Program-made: the position numbers and the translations under genes
Notes under the pieces: generated by a model
Databases searched by the model: none
What the model saw: the letters and a program-made list of their open reading frames with translations, nothing else
What the model was told of the DNA's origin: nothing
Assembly (NCBI RefSeq): GCF_009914755.1
Contig: NC_060926.1
Direction: 5' to 3' (one strand)
Source: the human T2T-CHM13v2.0 reference genome, Homo sapiens
Length of the DNA stretch: 64,000 nt
Part shown: in pieces, positions 1 to 21,484 of the stretch
How positions within the stretch are numbered: the first letter of the stretch is position 1
How the letters are laid out: every line of letters starts with the position of its first letter

Positions 1-899
1 CCTGCAGACACGTGTGTGCGGCGCTATGTGGCTCCTCTGGGCCCCGCTGCACCACAGAATCTCTGCTGCTTTCCAAGCCACAGCCTTGCTCCTGTCCTCT
101 GCCTGCCACCCAGTGCTTAACCCCAGCAAGCAAGGTCCCAGGATGGCCCCTTTGGTGGACATTCCCTGTCCCCAAGAAGGATTTCTAGGAGGTAGAAGAG
201 ATCTCTCTTTTATCGGCCCATGCCCGTGAATTTCATGCTCTCCCTAGAGCAGATGCCCTTCCTGCACCACCCCTGCCATTTTAGCATCTTGAAAAACATG
301 GATCTGTTCTCAGCAGACATTGAGACGGTATTCTCCACATTCTCCATATTTTGTGTGGAGAATTGTAGTATTTTTGTTAACAGAAACATTTTTATGAAAA
401 ATAACTACATTTTCCAAAACATAATTAGACAAGTGACTTTGTTTTACATGTTTGCAAATCTTGCCCGTGTCTGGGTTCTCCCATCTGCATTTGCATTCAA
501 TCTCGTGATGGCCCTGTAGCCTCTGGAAAGGGCCACTGTCTACACCTGAGGGAGTGGGAGTGAAAGGGTCAAATGACATCTTAGCATATTAGGACAATAG
601 TTGTGACTTTGTAAACCCTGAAAAGGGTCTCAGAAGTCCCAGACCACAGTGAAAACAGCTGGCCATTTTTAGAATTTTCCACATTGCAATTTTTCACACC
701 AAGGGACCTCTTAGCCTTTGTTTCCCCAGAATGGGTAAATGGAAAGATGAAAAGGGTGAGAAAGAGGTGGAAAGAAAAGAAGGAAGGAGAAGGGAGGGAG
801 GCGTGGGAAGAAGAGGTGAAGGAAAGCAGAGAAGGAAGACGAGGATGAAGGGAAGTAAGAGGAAGGAGAAAGGAGGCAAGGAGAGGACAGGCTGGCTAC

Positions 900-1145
900 C
901 TGCCCAGTGATGGGACATGTTGGAGACGCTGAGGGCAGCCTGGCCGTGGCTGGAAGTCACAGACACCTGTGTCCCTGGCTGCAGGAGGATGGGACTGGGG
1001 CTCCCTGGGTGCCTCAGGAACCAGCTCAGGTTGGTGGCCTCCTGGCTCAGATGGAGAGTCAGGCTCAGCGTGTCACCAGGCATCTGCAGCTGGGAGTTCA
1101 GGTTGAGGATCCCGGGGACTGCAGGGAGGCAGGTGACAGGGGACC
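900..1145 (-). CDS. ADGRF3: ADGRF3 coding exon, Ig-like region (GSPVTCLPAVPGILNLNSQLQMPGDTL...SHHWA); alternative in-frame acceptor at 1118
   Basis: Acceptor TCCAG|GG at 1145 and donor GCAG|GTAGCC at 900; 246 nt, phase 1-1. Translation matches recalled GPR113. The CTGCAG|G at positions 1-7 is probably the next acceptor. Confidence 0.93.
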
Positions 1146-1652
1146 CTGGAGGAGGGACTTATGGCCCTCAGATGCAGCCGAGCAATGGCTTCTCCCCTGA
1201 CTCTGGAGCCCATTCCTCCACACTCCCTCCCTAGCTTTTTAACTTTTTCTTTTTGTCCCTGGGTGGGCACCTGAATGTGGCTGCTGCAATCCAGCCTGGA
1301 AGACTCTATCTGTTATTGGAAACCAAAGAGGGAACCTTTTTGGTCTATGCCTCTCCCTCCCCCAGGTATCCTGGGCTACTGGAGCTGCTTCCTGCCTCCT
1401 AAGGTAAAAAGCAGTCACTCCAGCACTTTCTCTCCTGGTCCTTATGTCTCTGGGGCCTCTCTCATTAGTCTCCCTACTCAGGTTCCAAGCTCAGGGCCTG
1501 TGATCTGCTATGATGGCTGGCTTTTTCTCCCACCCAGAGGAGCAGCTGTGCTTGGACCAGCTGGCCAAACTACAGGTTCAGAGAGGAGAAAACCACTGAG
1601 AACATTTATTTCACTTAAGGCCATTGGTTTCCAAGTTCCCAACCTTCCTCAC

Positions 1653-1826
1653 CAGGTGGCAGCAACTGGCAGTACCCGGGTTCGGGATGGCTGAAGACAA
1701 GGCAGCCACAAGGCTGGTGGTTGTGGAGGCTTTGACAAGGAGGGTAATGGAGGCAGATGCTGGTGTTCCACTGGTAGCCAGAGAGGCAAGCACAATAGAA
1801 ATTCCCCTTGTGGTTGACATTACACT
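1653..1826 (-). CDS. ADGRF3: ADGRF3 Cys-rich exon (ECNVNHKGNFYCACLSGYQWNTSICLHYPPC...GYCQLLPP)
   Basis: Acceptor CTCTGTCAG|AG and donor CCTG|GTGAGG; 174 nt, phase 1-1, open frame. Not in the ORF track in this frame. Confidence 0.95.
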
Positions 1827-2032
1827 CTGACAGAGAGAAGAGAAGAGGGGGTGGGCAGGCTGTCTGAAGAAGCTAGGTGGGCAGGGCAGACACCTGCCTG
1901 ATGCCTGAGAGGCTTTAGGGCTGGGTATCTGGACCAATCCCCAAGCTACAGGTGCCTCAGTCAGGCCCATGCATCAGGACTGCCTCCTCAGTCAGGACTC
2001 GAAGCAGCAGATGTCTCGGGGGCCAGGGAACA

Positions 2033-2218
2033 GGTGAAGGTGGAGGTCTGGGCCCACGTTGTCTGTCCCTTGGGCCATCAGCCAAAGTTAGAAGATAGGG
2101 GGATGTGGCAGGCAAGGAAGGGTCTGTCTGGTAGGGAGGTGAGGAAGGAGCTGGGCCACGGAGACAGAACCAGGCAGCCCTTCCTCCAGGAAATACAGAG
2201 GGGCTCACAGAGTCTCAG
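2033..2218. repeat. Local duplication, copy A (paralog of 3407-3592)
   Basis: About 186 bp ungapped match, roughly 19 mismatches by manual count. Confidence 0.95.
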
Positions 2219-2289
2219 GCAAGCTGGCTGCAGGAGGCCCGGGAGCCTATGTTCATTCACTCTCAGCCCCCTTCCCACGCAAGTGGTAC

Positions 2290-2433
2290 CTGTTGTGAGT
2301 CTGAGGCCAGTGAGAAGAGGCCTTGGGGAAGAGGAAGCTGAGGCAGCAGGGAGAGTCAGTGTCCTGGAGAGTTCAGGGGGCCAGGTCTTATCTGGAAAGT
2401 CCAGATGTACATAGACGGAGACCAGCGCTGATT
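2290..2433 (-). CDS. ADGRF3: ADGRF3 exon (ESALVSVYVHLDFPDKTWPPEL...GLRLTT)
   Basis: Acceptor CCTGTAG|AA and donor ACAG|GTACCA; 144 nt, phase 1-1; inside ORF 2078..2482. Confidence 0.95.
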
Positions 2434-2873
2434 CTACAGGAGCAGAGGGGACAGCTGGAGAGGACAGGCAGCGAGGCCACAAGCCGGTCCCCTCTGGATT
2501 CTCTCACCTAGCTGGCCAGTCCCAGGAATGCAGAGCAGACCCCCTCCCACAGCCTGTCCAGGTGCATATAGACAGGGCTCAGGAAGGGAGCAAGTCCTCC
2601 CCTAGGCACTGTGCCTTCAGATACACGGCTTCATGTCATCCGTCCAGCAACACCTATTTTATGGATGAGGCTTCAAAGACAAATGAGTTCATTTCCAGGC
2701 CTCTCCGCTAGAGAACTGGTCACAGACCTGTCCGACTGTGATCAGAGCCAGTCCTCTCTCTCCGCCACCACTCCCTCGCTGCACCTGCCCTCTCTTTTCT
2801 GGGTCCTGGGTTTCCACCTCATTCCCAGCTCCCATCTCCTCCCCCTCCCTCCTCCTCCTGTCCATACACTCAC

Positions 2874-2940
2874 CCCCTGCTCCATTCTCTTGGTCCAGGA
2901 GCTGCCCAGATCCAGATTCCCCTCCAGCCTGACTCTGTCC
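2874..2940 (-). CDS. ADGRF3: ADGRF3 common exon (GQSQAGGESGSGQLLDQENGAG)
   Basis: Acceptor TGTTCCAG|GGA (phase 0) and donor GGGG|GTGAGT (phase 1); 67 nt. Confidence 0.93.
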
Positions 2941-3388
2941 CTGGAACAGAACACAGAGGGGAGACCTCAAGTCCCTTCCAAAGGCACCCCAGGGGCCAGC
3001 CTGACTAGTCTCAGCCAGCATGACTCAGTCTCAACCAGCTCTTCTTTTTGCCAGGAGTCAAGTGTACACATCAGGAAGGGAAAGCAGGCTTCTGTTAGGG
3101 GGTGCCAGGGATGCAACCCCAGGAACCCTGCTATCCCACCCAAGACCAGGAACCAGGCACGCCCTGGGAAGTCAACATGCTTTGTTTAATTCCTTCCTGC
3201 GTTTACCTGTCCCTGGGCCTCTAGGCTAATTGAAATGGCTTGGTCTGGAGCTCCAGCAGCGGAGCTGGACATTGCTGGCTGGGGCCCAGGCGCTTGGGGA
3301 GTTTATTCCTTCTGTAGGATTTGACAGCAGGGTGAGCAGAAGGCAGCCTCTTTCCTCCGTCTTTGGTTCCTGTACATTATTTCCTCAC

Positions 3389-3501
3389 CAACTCCTCCTC
3401 TGTCAGGGTGAGGGTGGAGGTCTGGGCCCACATTGTCTGGCCCTTGGGCCATCGGCCAAAGCTAGAAGATAGGGGGATGGGGCAGGCAGGGAAGGGTCTG
3501 T
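3389..3501 (-). CDS. ADGRF3: ADGRF3 alternative exon (DRPFPACPIPLSSSFGRWPKGQTMWAQTSTLTLTEEEL)
   Basis: Acceptor CCTACCAG|AC and donor TTG|GTGAGG; 113 nt, phase 1-0. It bridges the long proximal exon 1 to the 2940 exon and matches the recalled long isoform. Confidence 0.8.
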
Positions 3502-3592
3502 CTGGTAGGGAGGTGAGGATGGAGCTGGCCCAAGGAGAGAGAACATGGCAGTCCTTCCTCCAGGAAATATGGAGGGGCTCACTGTGTCACAG
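3407..3592. repeat. Local duplication, copy B (contains the acceptor and most of exon 3389-3501)
   Basis: Offset 1374 bp from copy A. Confidence 0.95.
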
Positions 3593-3689
3593 ACCTGAGC
3601 CCTGTCTATATGCACCTGCGTGTGCGTGTGGATATCTATCCAAAACCAGATATTGATATAGATACGAATATGGATAAGACGTGAGTATA

Positions 3690-3940
3690 AGCTGGTCACA
3701 ATGGCACGTGCCTTTAGTCCCAGTTACTTGGGAGGCTGAGGTGGGAGGATCACTTGAGCCCAGGAGTTCAAGTCCAGCCTGGGCAACATGGTGAGAGCAT
3801 GTCTTAAAAAAGATATAGATATAGATAGATTTAGATACAGATACAGATATATATTTACATAAAGATAGATTTAAATTTAGCAATAGAGATAGATTTAGGC
3901 TTAGTGACATATAGACATAGCCATAGATATAGCTATCTAT
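3690..3940 (+). mobile_element. FLAM Alu monomer followed by an (ATAGAT)n-like low-complexity tail
   Basis: Monomeric Alu sequence at 3690-3812, then degenerate ATAGAT repeats. Confidence 0.8.
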
Positions 3941-4249
3941 TGAGGAGAACACAGATGGAAAGGCACCCTCTAGACTCTGATGTCTTTCCTCAGATTCTCT
4001 CCCATCCTCTAAGCCAATAGTTTCCAAATCTGCAAAATTTTTCTTTTTCTTTTTAAATGGCCAGCTTGACTGAATGAGACTTTATCCAAAGTACAGCAGG
4101 TATCATATGAGTTTACAGGGACTCAAATAAGGAAACAAGAGCTATCCCCCACACCCAGGAAAGTAAAACTGAGTTCTCAGAGATCTCATAACAAAGCATC
4201 CACTTTCCTTACACATTACTTCCTCTCCCCTCAGCCCTTTCCCCACTAC

Positions 4250-4427
4250 CTATCCTTTCATTCCATGCTTTGTCTCTCCCAATCAGGGGTCCCCATTGTC
4301 GCCTCTGCAGACCTTCCCTGGGTCTCACCCCAGTCTCACTTACAGGTTGGGATGCTTGGGCAACTGGTGACCCCAGCAGGGGAAGAGTTGTGGCCAGGAG
4401 CAGCAGTGGGGCAGCCGAACAGACCAT
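4250..4427 (-). CDS. ADGRF3: ADGRF3 proximal first coding exon with signal peptide (MVCSAAPLLLLATTLPLLGSPVAQASQP...); donors at 4344 and 4250
   Basis: GCCATGG Kozak context at 4427 and a hydrophobic signal peptide. Donor CCT|GTAAGT at 4344 (phase 0) and ATAG|GTAGTG at 4250 (phase 1). Confidence 0.92.
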
Positions 4428-4892
4428 GGCTCAGTGAAGCAGTCCCTACAAGCCCACGATGCAAATTTCCGCAAGGAAGAGCTGGCAGGGCAGTGTGCAG
4501 ATGGGATGGGAGGGAAGAGGGGAGGGAGCCAGGGCTGAATTTACAGAGGAAGCGCTACAGCCTGTGACTCTGAGTGAAATGGGAATCCAGGTCACTGTGG
4601 GGGCCACCTGGAGCCCACATGCCCCAGTGAGAATGGTGCCCAGGCTCTTCTTGGGCTCTGGACCAAAAGCTCCGAGAGCAGGAGAGGCTTAGGGGTTCGA
4701 AGTCACAACCAGCAACATGTCTATAAGCCAGGTTCAGTCATGTTCCCAAGGACCTGGGAAATCTGGATTGTTCTGAACTCCTCAAAGGCTGAATCACTGA
4801 TCAAACAGTCAAGGTTACAAATGAAAAATAAAGAAAAGATAAAAATATGAGAGCTGATTTTTACTCTAAAATAATTTCCAGATAGACTAGAA

Positions 4893-5255
4893 TCCTCCCT
4901 CCCTCCCTTCCTTCCTTCCCTTCTTTCTCTCCCTCCCTCCCTCCCTCCCTCCCTCCCTTCCTTCCTTCCTTCCTTCCTTCCTTTCTTTGTTTTTTTCTTT
5001 CTCTTTCCTCACTCTTTCCTTCCTTCCTTTCTCTCTCTCTTTCCTTCTTTCTCTCTCTCTCGCTTGCTCTCACTCTCGTTCTTTTTCTTTCTTTTAGAAA
5101 CAAGGTCTCCCTCTGTTGCCCGGGCTAGAGTGCAGTAGCATGATCAAAGCTCATGATCATAGCTCACAATAGCCTCAAACTCTTGGGCTCAAGCTATCCT
5201 CCCAACTTAGCCTCCCAAGTAGCTGAGATTACACATGTGCACCACTGCACTGGCC
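4893..5255 (-). repeat. (CCCT/CCTT/CT)n pyrimidine microsatellite grown from the tail of an old Alu monomer
   Basis: About 200 bp near-pure pyrimidine tract abutting antisense Alu sequence at about 5085-5255. Confidence 0.85.
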
Positions 5256-5500
5256 TAGAGTCTTAAATGTAAAAAAGAATCTGAGAGAATACTAGAAAAA
5301 ATTATCAAGTTATTTCATAAAATAATTTTAAACTGCGGAAGGTTTTTTAAATTGATAATACTGGTTTTTTATGTATTTAAGTTTTTTAAATACATAAAAC
5401 TGAGAAGCCAAAAAGGAAATAAATTTGACTGTCTAAAAACTTTTAAGTTTGGCCTAAGAAGAATAATTTTCTCAACAAAGGAAGTTTCTTCTAGTTTTCA

Positions 5501-5880
<380 letters not shown>

Positions 5881-7051
5881 AGTAGTTTGATAAACATATA
5901 CAAACCTCCAACTTTACGCATCAGAAATACAAATCAAACAAGAAGATACTATTTCTCACCTGCTAATTATCAAAAGAGAAAATTTTAATTATATTAAGTA
6001 TTAAAAGTATAGTTGTACATGTGTGTAAAAACATGTACATAAGAATATTCAAGGCAGAATTGTTTGTGATAGCAAATGAGTTGATTAAACAATCAAAATG
6101 TCTATTAAAAAGGGAGAGCTTATATAAATCTTGGGATTTCCAAGCAACACATTACTTAAAGTTGTGGGGGAAAAGTGAAGTAGCTTTATTTTGGAGTGAT
6201 CCCCAATATATGTAGTGAAGTTTAAATATATGTTATATATATTATGCTCCCATGTATGTAAACAAAAGGAATCTATTTAAGATGCTTGTACTTTTATATC
6301 CCTAGAATATTTCTGGAAGAATACATCAGAAATTTGACAATAGTTGTTGCTTCTGGAGAAAGGGATTAAGGATCTGGATGGGTCTGTGTGCTGTTTCATA
6401 TATAGTTTTTCTAATCATAGACTTTTTTTTTAATCAAAAAAAGTTGATTTAAACACACACACAAAGTACGAAGTACCTATGGTAGAAACATAGCCCCATT
6501 GCATTTCCACCTCCACCTCCACCTCCAATCCCCCCTTGCCAGTTTTGCTGCTAATGGAAGAGCAGACACACTGGGCAAATACACTCATGGGAGCAATCGC
6601 TCTTGTAAATAGCTGATTTCAGAAAACATGAAAATGGTGGAGAATCTGGTTTGAGAACCAGAGAGAGAAGTGAGAGAGAAAACACAGGTGCTGGAGGTAG
6701 GATGCTATTAGCATGCTGTGTGCTGTCTGTTGCAGCTATAGGCAGTCTCAGATGGGCCAAGGGGATGTGGGACATCAATAGCATCTGCTGCAGTCTCCAA
6801 ATGGAGTCTGTCAAGGCATGAAGTGGTCCTAGACTATGCTCAACAGGGTCTGTTGAGGACCAGGAAATACACAAGCAAGAGGTGGACTGAGACCCAGAAA
6901 AGTGGATGCTTCAGTGCCGAGGGGAGACTGAGCCATGGCAGCCCCCAGTTAGGAGAGGCAAGGACAGCCTCCAGTGGAGGGAAGGCTGTTCATCCATCAG
7001 CATGAACACTGAAGGAAGAAGGAACTCCGAGGACATTAGAAAGCTAATAGA

Positions 7052-7680
<629 letters not shown>

Positions 7681-8210
7681 AGCTGATGGAGCTGGAGCTG
7701 GAGAGGTCCTCCGTATTCCACCCCCAAAACATAATTTTCCCTAATTGATTCCCAGCTCATCTCTCATCTTAACCACTTTGAGTTCATGACTAATAGTGAC
7801 AGTAGAAATGAGAGCAACATATTCCTAGTTCAAATAAAGCTAAGGTGTCCAAGGTGTTCAAAACTATTGATAAAATTGAGATTTATTTTACACTTTTTAG
7901 ACTGTTCCTATGATTTTAGAAAAGCTTGAAACATTTTTGCATGTACAGAGATATCTAGAAAAAGACTGGAGGGAAATGCTACAGGCTCTCCAAAGCACTG
8001 AGTTTACCTCAGTACCCCCCAGTGCCTAGCACCGTGCATTGGAGGCCTTAGGTAATATTTGTATCAAATCAATCAATCAATAAATGGAATACACCAAGAC
8101 ATAAACGGTGATTTTAATTAAATGGTAGATTTGGTATATTTTTCTACTTTTCTGTATGTTTCAATTTTGTATTCTGTAATAGAAAAGATCTTAATAAAAA
8201 TATCATATCT

Positions 8211-9656
<1,446 letters not shown>

Positions 9657-9705
9657 CTACATATTAGTTACCTCTATGAACCAGACATTGAATCTTGGTG
9701 TATTT

Positions 9706-10385
9706 TTTTTTAACTTTTATTTTAGGTTCAGGGGTACAAGTGCAGGTTTGTTACATAGGTAAACTTGAGTCATGGAGGTTTGTTGTACAGATTATTTCAT
9801 CACCCAGGTATTAAGCCTAGTACCCATTAGTTATTTTCCTGACCCACCCTCTGAAAGGCCCCAGTGTGTGTTCCCCTGTATGTGTCCATGTGTTTTCATC
9901 ATTTAGCTCCCACTTATAAGTGAAAATATGTGGTATTTGGTTTTCTGTTCTTGTGTTAGTTTGCTAAGGATAATGGCCTCCAGCTTCATCCATGTCCCTG
10001 CAAAAGACATGATCTCATTCTTTTTTATGGCTGCATAGTATTCCATGGTGTATATGTACCACATTTTCTTTATCCAGTCTATCATTGATGGGCATTTAGG
10101 TTGATTACATGTTTTTGCTACTATGAACAGTGCTGCAATGAACATCCACATGCATATGTCTTTATAAAAGAATGATTTATATACCTTTGGGTATAGACCC
10201 AGTAATGGGATTGCTGGGTAGAATAGTATTTCTGTCTTTAGGTCTTTCAGGAATTGCCACTGTCTTCCACAATGGCTGAACTAATTTACACTCCCGCCAA
10301 CAGTGTGTAAGTGTTCCTTTTTCTTCACAGCCTTGCCAGCATCTGTTAATTTTTGGCTTTTTAGTAACAGCCATTCTGACTGGGG
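9706..10385 (-). mobile_element. 5'-truncated older L1PA (ORF2 C-terminus plus 3'UTR)
   Basis: ORF 9903..10151 encodes the L1 ORF2 C-terminus (WIKKMWYIYTMEYYAAIKKNE). 14-bp TSD ATCTTGGTGTATTT at 9692-9705 and 10386-10399. Confidence 0.95.
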
Positions 10386-12134
10386 ATCTTGGTGTATTTG
10401 CACAAATACAATTTGGGTTCAGAGGTCATGACAGCTGTTATGCGATACAGGATTTCTGCTGGTTGCTACCAAGCTGTGGCCAGTGGCAGTGGCCACATCA
10501 TGGGACATGTGTAGAGAGAAGGGGAAATGCACAGCTGTTCACCCAGCTGCAGCACAATTCCAGTAATGGCAAGTCAGCTAATCCTCGGCTGACACAGAGA
10601 ACTCTAACATAGAAAGAGTCTGTTCAAAATTGTTTGATGCTATAAAATTACTTATCTGTGAAATATTTGACAAGAAGAGGTATTTTAACAAAAAGCTGGA
10701 CACATTATATATGCCTTTATAGGAAAAAAGATATTTCTGACATTAAAATGTTAAAAGAAATGGTGTAAATTTATTCAGAAGGAATAATGACAGCCTTAGA
10801 TCTATAATTTAAGTATCTAAGTCTGGACCCTAGAATGAGATCCTGCATTTGCTGTCTGGGACTGTTCAGAAAACCCTGCTTCAGCGTTTATATTAAAGCT
10901 ATGTACCTCAAGAGCACAACTTAGAGAAGCTGAAGAAACTCATGAAATTTCTGATGCTTTCTTTGATTCTTACAAGATGTGGGGTCTTCACAAAAGTTTC
11001 ATGCTGACCTTATATACAAATAAACCTATGGAGAGACCAGGACATTAGAGTGGAGAAGAACTGTTTCTTCTAAAGATAAAATAATTTCAAATCCTTAAGC
11101 CAGGGTCCTGACTAATTTTAAGGCATAATTCAGGGTTATAATCTTATAAACTTAAGTATCTGTTAGGTACCATTCCCCATTTATTAAAACCCATTAATGA
11201 AAATTATTTTATAATTTTGGAGGTATAGATGACCTACCTAAGTGTGAGACAAAATCCTGAAATCATATAAGAGAAGATGACTAATGTGAGTATAAAAAAT
11301 ATAAGATATACAAATCCTGGACGGCTGCAAGATGGTAGTATTACTCCATGAAAGAAGAACAATTTTCTCTCTGAGTCAACAACTACGTGTTATGGTTTGG
11401 AAAGGGGTCACTAATAGGAAAGCAGACATGAGTCAGCTTCATTAATGGAAAAGCTGAGTGAGAGAAGGTGATTTTGATCTGAGCCAAGTGTACTTCCCAA
11501 TACATCCCCCTCGAACTGAATTCACTAACTCAGTCACTGGCACAGCAAGGCATCTCCAGGTCTACCTGTCTGGGGACGGGGAGCTGAGGACAAGTATGGA
11601 GGACTGGCCACTTCAAAAGATGGGGCACCCAGAGCTCATTCTCCAAGTCTTACCAGAATATATCCTTATCAGAAGGATATATTCTGGTTCTCTGGTCAGA
11701 AATCCCTCTCTGTTCCCCTTACGTCAAAAAGTGATATAAGTCACTTTTTGCTTTGGTGAGAGGGAGAGGGAACAGAAAATATATCCTTCTGGAAGTGGAA
11801 GTTCCTTTCCCTCTGTGGAAATGGGAGAAGTGAGTACGCATTCCCTGCCAAACCATGCAGTAGTGAACTTATTTCAATATTCTAGTGAGCAGGAAAACTG
11901 AAAAACTTCATTTAATGATGAAATATACAAGTAAGTAGATTTTATAAAGTCAATAAACCTAGAAAATATTTTTGAGTAGCCTGTTAGAAGCCCTAGAGAA
12001 ATGTGTGTCAAGGGCAAAAAATAGCAGGTCCTTGTACTGAGAACCTATTGTTCATGAGTATATTCTACTTATTTTCTGACTCATTTCTTAGAAACTGCCC
12101 TCTGCCCATAACCACAGGTTTACCATGGAAGTAG

Positions 12135-12432
<298 letters not shown>

Positions 12433-12861
12433 AAGTAGCTGTTTTACACTTGGTTACACTAATCTCTGATTACAGTACAGTCCACATCTAAAACCAAGTG
12501 GGAACAATTTCTCTCTTCTGGGGTAATTTTGGAACTGGGACCCAGTGAGAGTCTGGGGTTGGGCCTACAACTTGTAAACTCAGCAGCTCTTGGTTTTCTG
12601 TCATGGGGACTGGGAAAATAGTCTGAGCTCCAAGGAAAAGTAAAACTAATGTGGATACAGAAACAGACAAACATGAGGTGAGTTCCTCTTCAAATTCAGT
12701 TTATCCCTGATGTTCATTTGCACTCTTGATCTTTAGTTCCTTCAGAGAACCTGACTTCCTTTCATTATTTCCCTTTGAGCTGGATAGAGCAGCTTTCTGT
12801 TACTTGCAGCTAAAAGAATGTATCAATACATGCTCAGAAAAACCAAGGATGCTGTATCAGT

Positions 12862-13367
12862 ACGTCTGAGTCTGTTCTGTGTTGCAATAACAGAATACCA
12901 CAGACTGGGTAACTTTTTTTTTTTTTAAATAAGGCATTTATTTCTTACAGCTCTGGAGGCTGAGAAGTCCAAGGTTGAGGGGCTCACACCTGGTGAGGGC
13001 CTTCCTGCTCTGTCATCCCATGGCAGAAGATGGAAATTCAAGAGAGCACATGAGAGAGAGAGAGATGGTGGGGTGGGGGCGGGAGAGAGAGAGACAAAGA
13101 CAGAGAGAGAAAGAGGAAAGGGGCCCTAACTTATCCTTTTATTAGGAGCCTACTCCCAGAGGACTCCAGGACTGTAAGAAATAAACGTCTTCTTTTAAAA
13201 AAAAAAAAAATTTTGCCACTCTGTGGTATTCTGTTATTGCAACACAAAACGGACTCAGAGTCCTCACAACCTAATCACCTCTTAAAGGTCTCCACCCCTC
13301 AACACTGTGGCATTAGGGATTAAGTTTCCAACACATGAACTTTGGGGGACACATTCAAACCACAGCA
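12862..13367 (-). mobile_element. MST-type ERVL-MaLR solo LTR with an internal inverted duplication
   Basis: Typical motifs (ataacagaataccacagactgggtaa; gaagtccaaggttgagggg; tttgggggacacattcaaaccacagca). Confidence 0.8.
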
Positions 13368-13559
13368 TGGTAGAAAAGTGGTCATTATATTAGGAATGGG
13401 ATTAATGAGCCTTGTGATTCGAGACAACCACTTCATCTTTCTAGACCTCAGTTTTCACATCAATAAAATGGAGTTAAAATATATGGTCTTTGCAGTATTT
13501 AAAAGTGTTGTTCTGTTTCTTTCTGGCTTTCATGGTTTCTAAAACAAAATCCACAGCCA

Positions 13560-16620
<3,061 letters not shown>

Positions 16621-16636
16621 TAAAAAAGTATGTGTG

Positions 16637-20578
<3,942 letters not shown>

Positions 20579-21484
20579 TCATCAGTAGTGGAATGGATAA
20601 ACAAACTGTAGATAGGCATGCAATCTGCTACCATACAGAAACAGAAATGAATGAACTGGGTCTATATGCATCAATCTCAAAACAATGTTGAGTGTCTTTT
20701 TTTTTTTTTCAGTTGGAAACATTTTAGATATTTTAAGACAAAAAATGAGCATGGACTTTTTTTTTTTTTTTAAACACACATACACATCTAATGGCCAAAG
20801 TGCACTAAGGAAATGAGCTCCTGATCTGTCCTCCGCAGTCCCCATCCTGTGGTTGAAGCTTTTGCAGGCCCTCCCTCTTCCTCTCCAATGCACTAGGAAG
20901 AGACAGTGGCTGCTTTACACCACAGCCATAAGGCGTTTTGACAGACGGAGGGCACTGCTGAAGTTGGGAGTCTTTCTGTAAGATGAAGGAGGGAGACTTC
21001 TCCCCACCAAGTTTAGGTAGATCAGTGTGTTGAAGTTTAAAACAAAAATAAAAATAATTCACATAATCAGCACTTCAAAAAATACTGAATTTCAGATTTC
21101 CCACCAAGACAGCTCAAACAGAGCAGTGACAATCTAGATCTTTCCATTCCTTCTGACAGTAGACTTAGGCCCTAGAAGTATCTGCTGCGACTGCAGCTGC
21201 TGCCTTGGCTCCATTTGTGACCTTTCAGGCTCAAAGGCAACAGGAAGAACCAGGGTCGTAAAGGAAGTGGGCCCAACCTGCAAGGCTGTGTTGGAAAACC
21301 TGTACATTTTTTGACCTATGAAGACGGAGAGGTTAAAAGTGGCTCTGACCAGGGACCAAACCCTCTCCAGGAACATGTCTGTTAGACCCCACAGTCTCTC
21401 CAACAGGGTCTCATCTAGCTCCTGTTGTCAACCTCTTTCAGCTCTTCCTCAGGCTTCTCAGAGGCACCTTTCAGAAGAAAACTT

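Noticed and set aside
2611-3189. 192-aa plus-strand ORF antisense to ADGRF3
   Set aside because: GTG start, low-complexity S/P/L composition from pyrimidine tracts, and no recognisable domain.
10400-11900. Non-repetitive-looking stretch that might be a decayed pseudogene or retroviral internal region
   Set aside because: Only short ORFs and no motif I can recognise; needs a tBLASTx or Dfam search.
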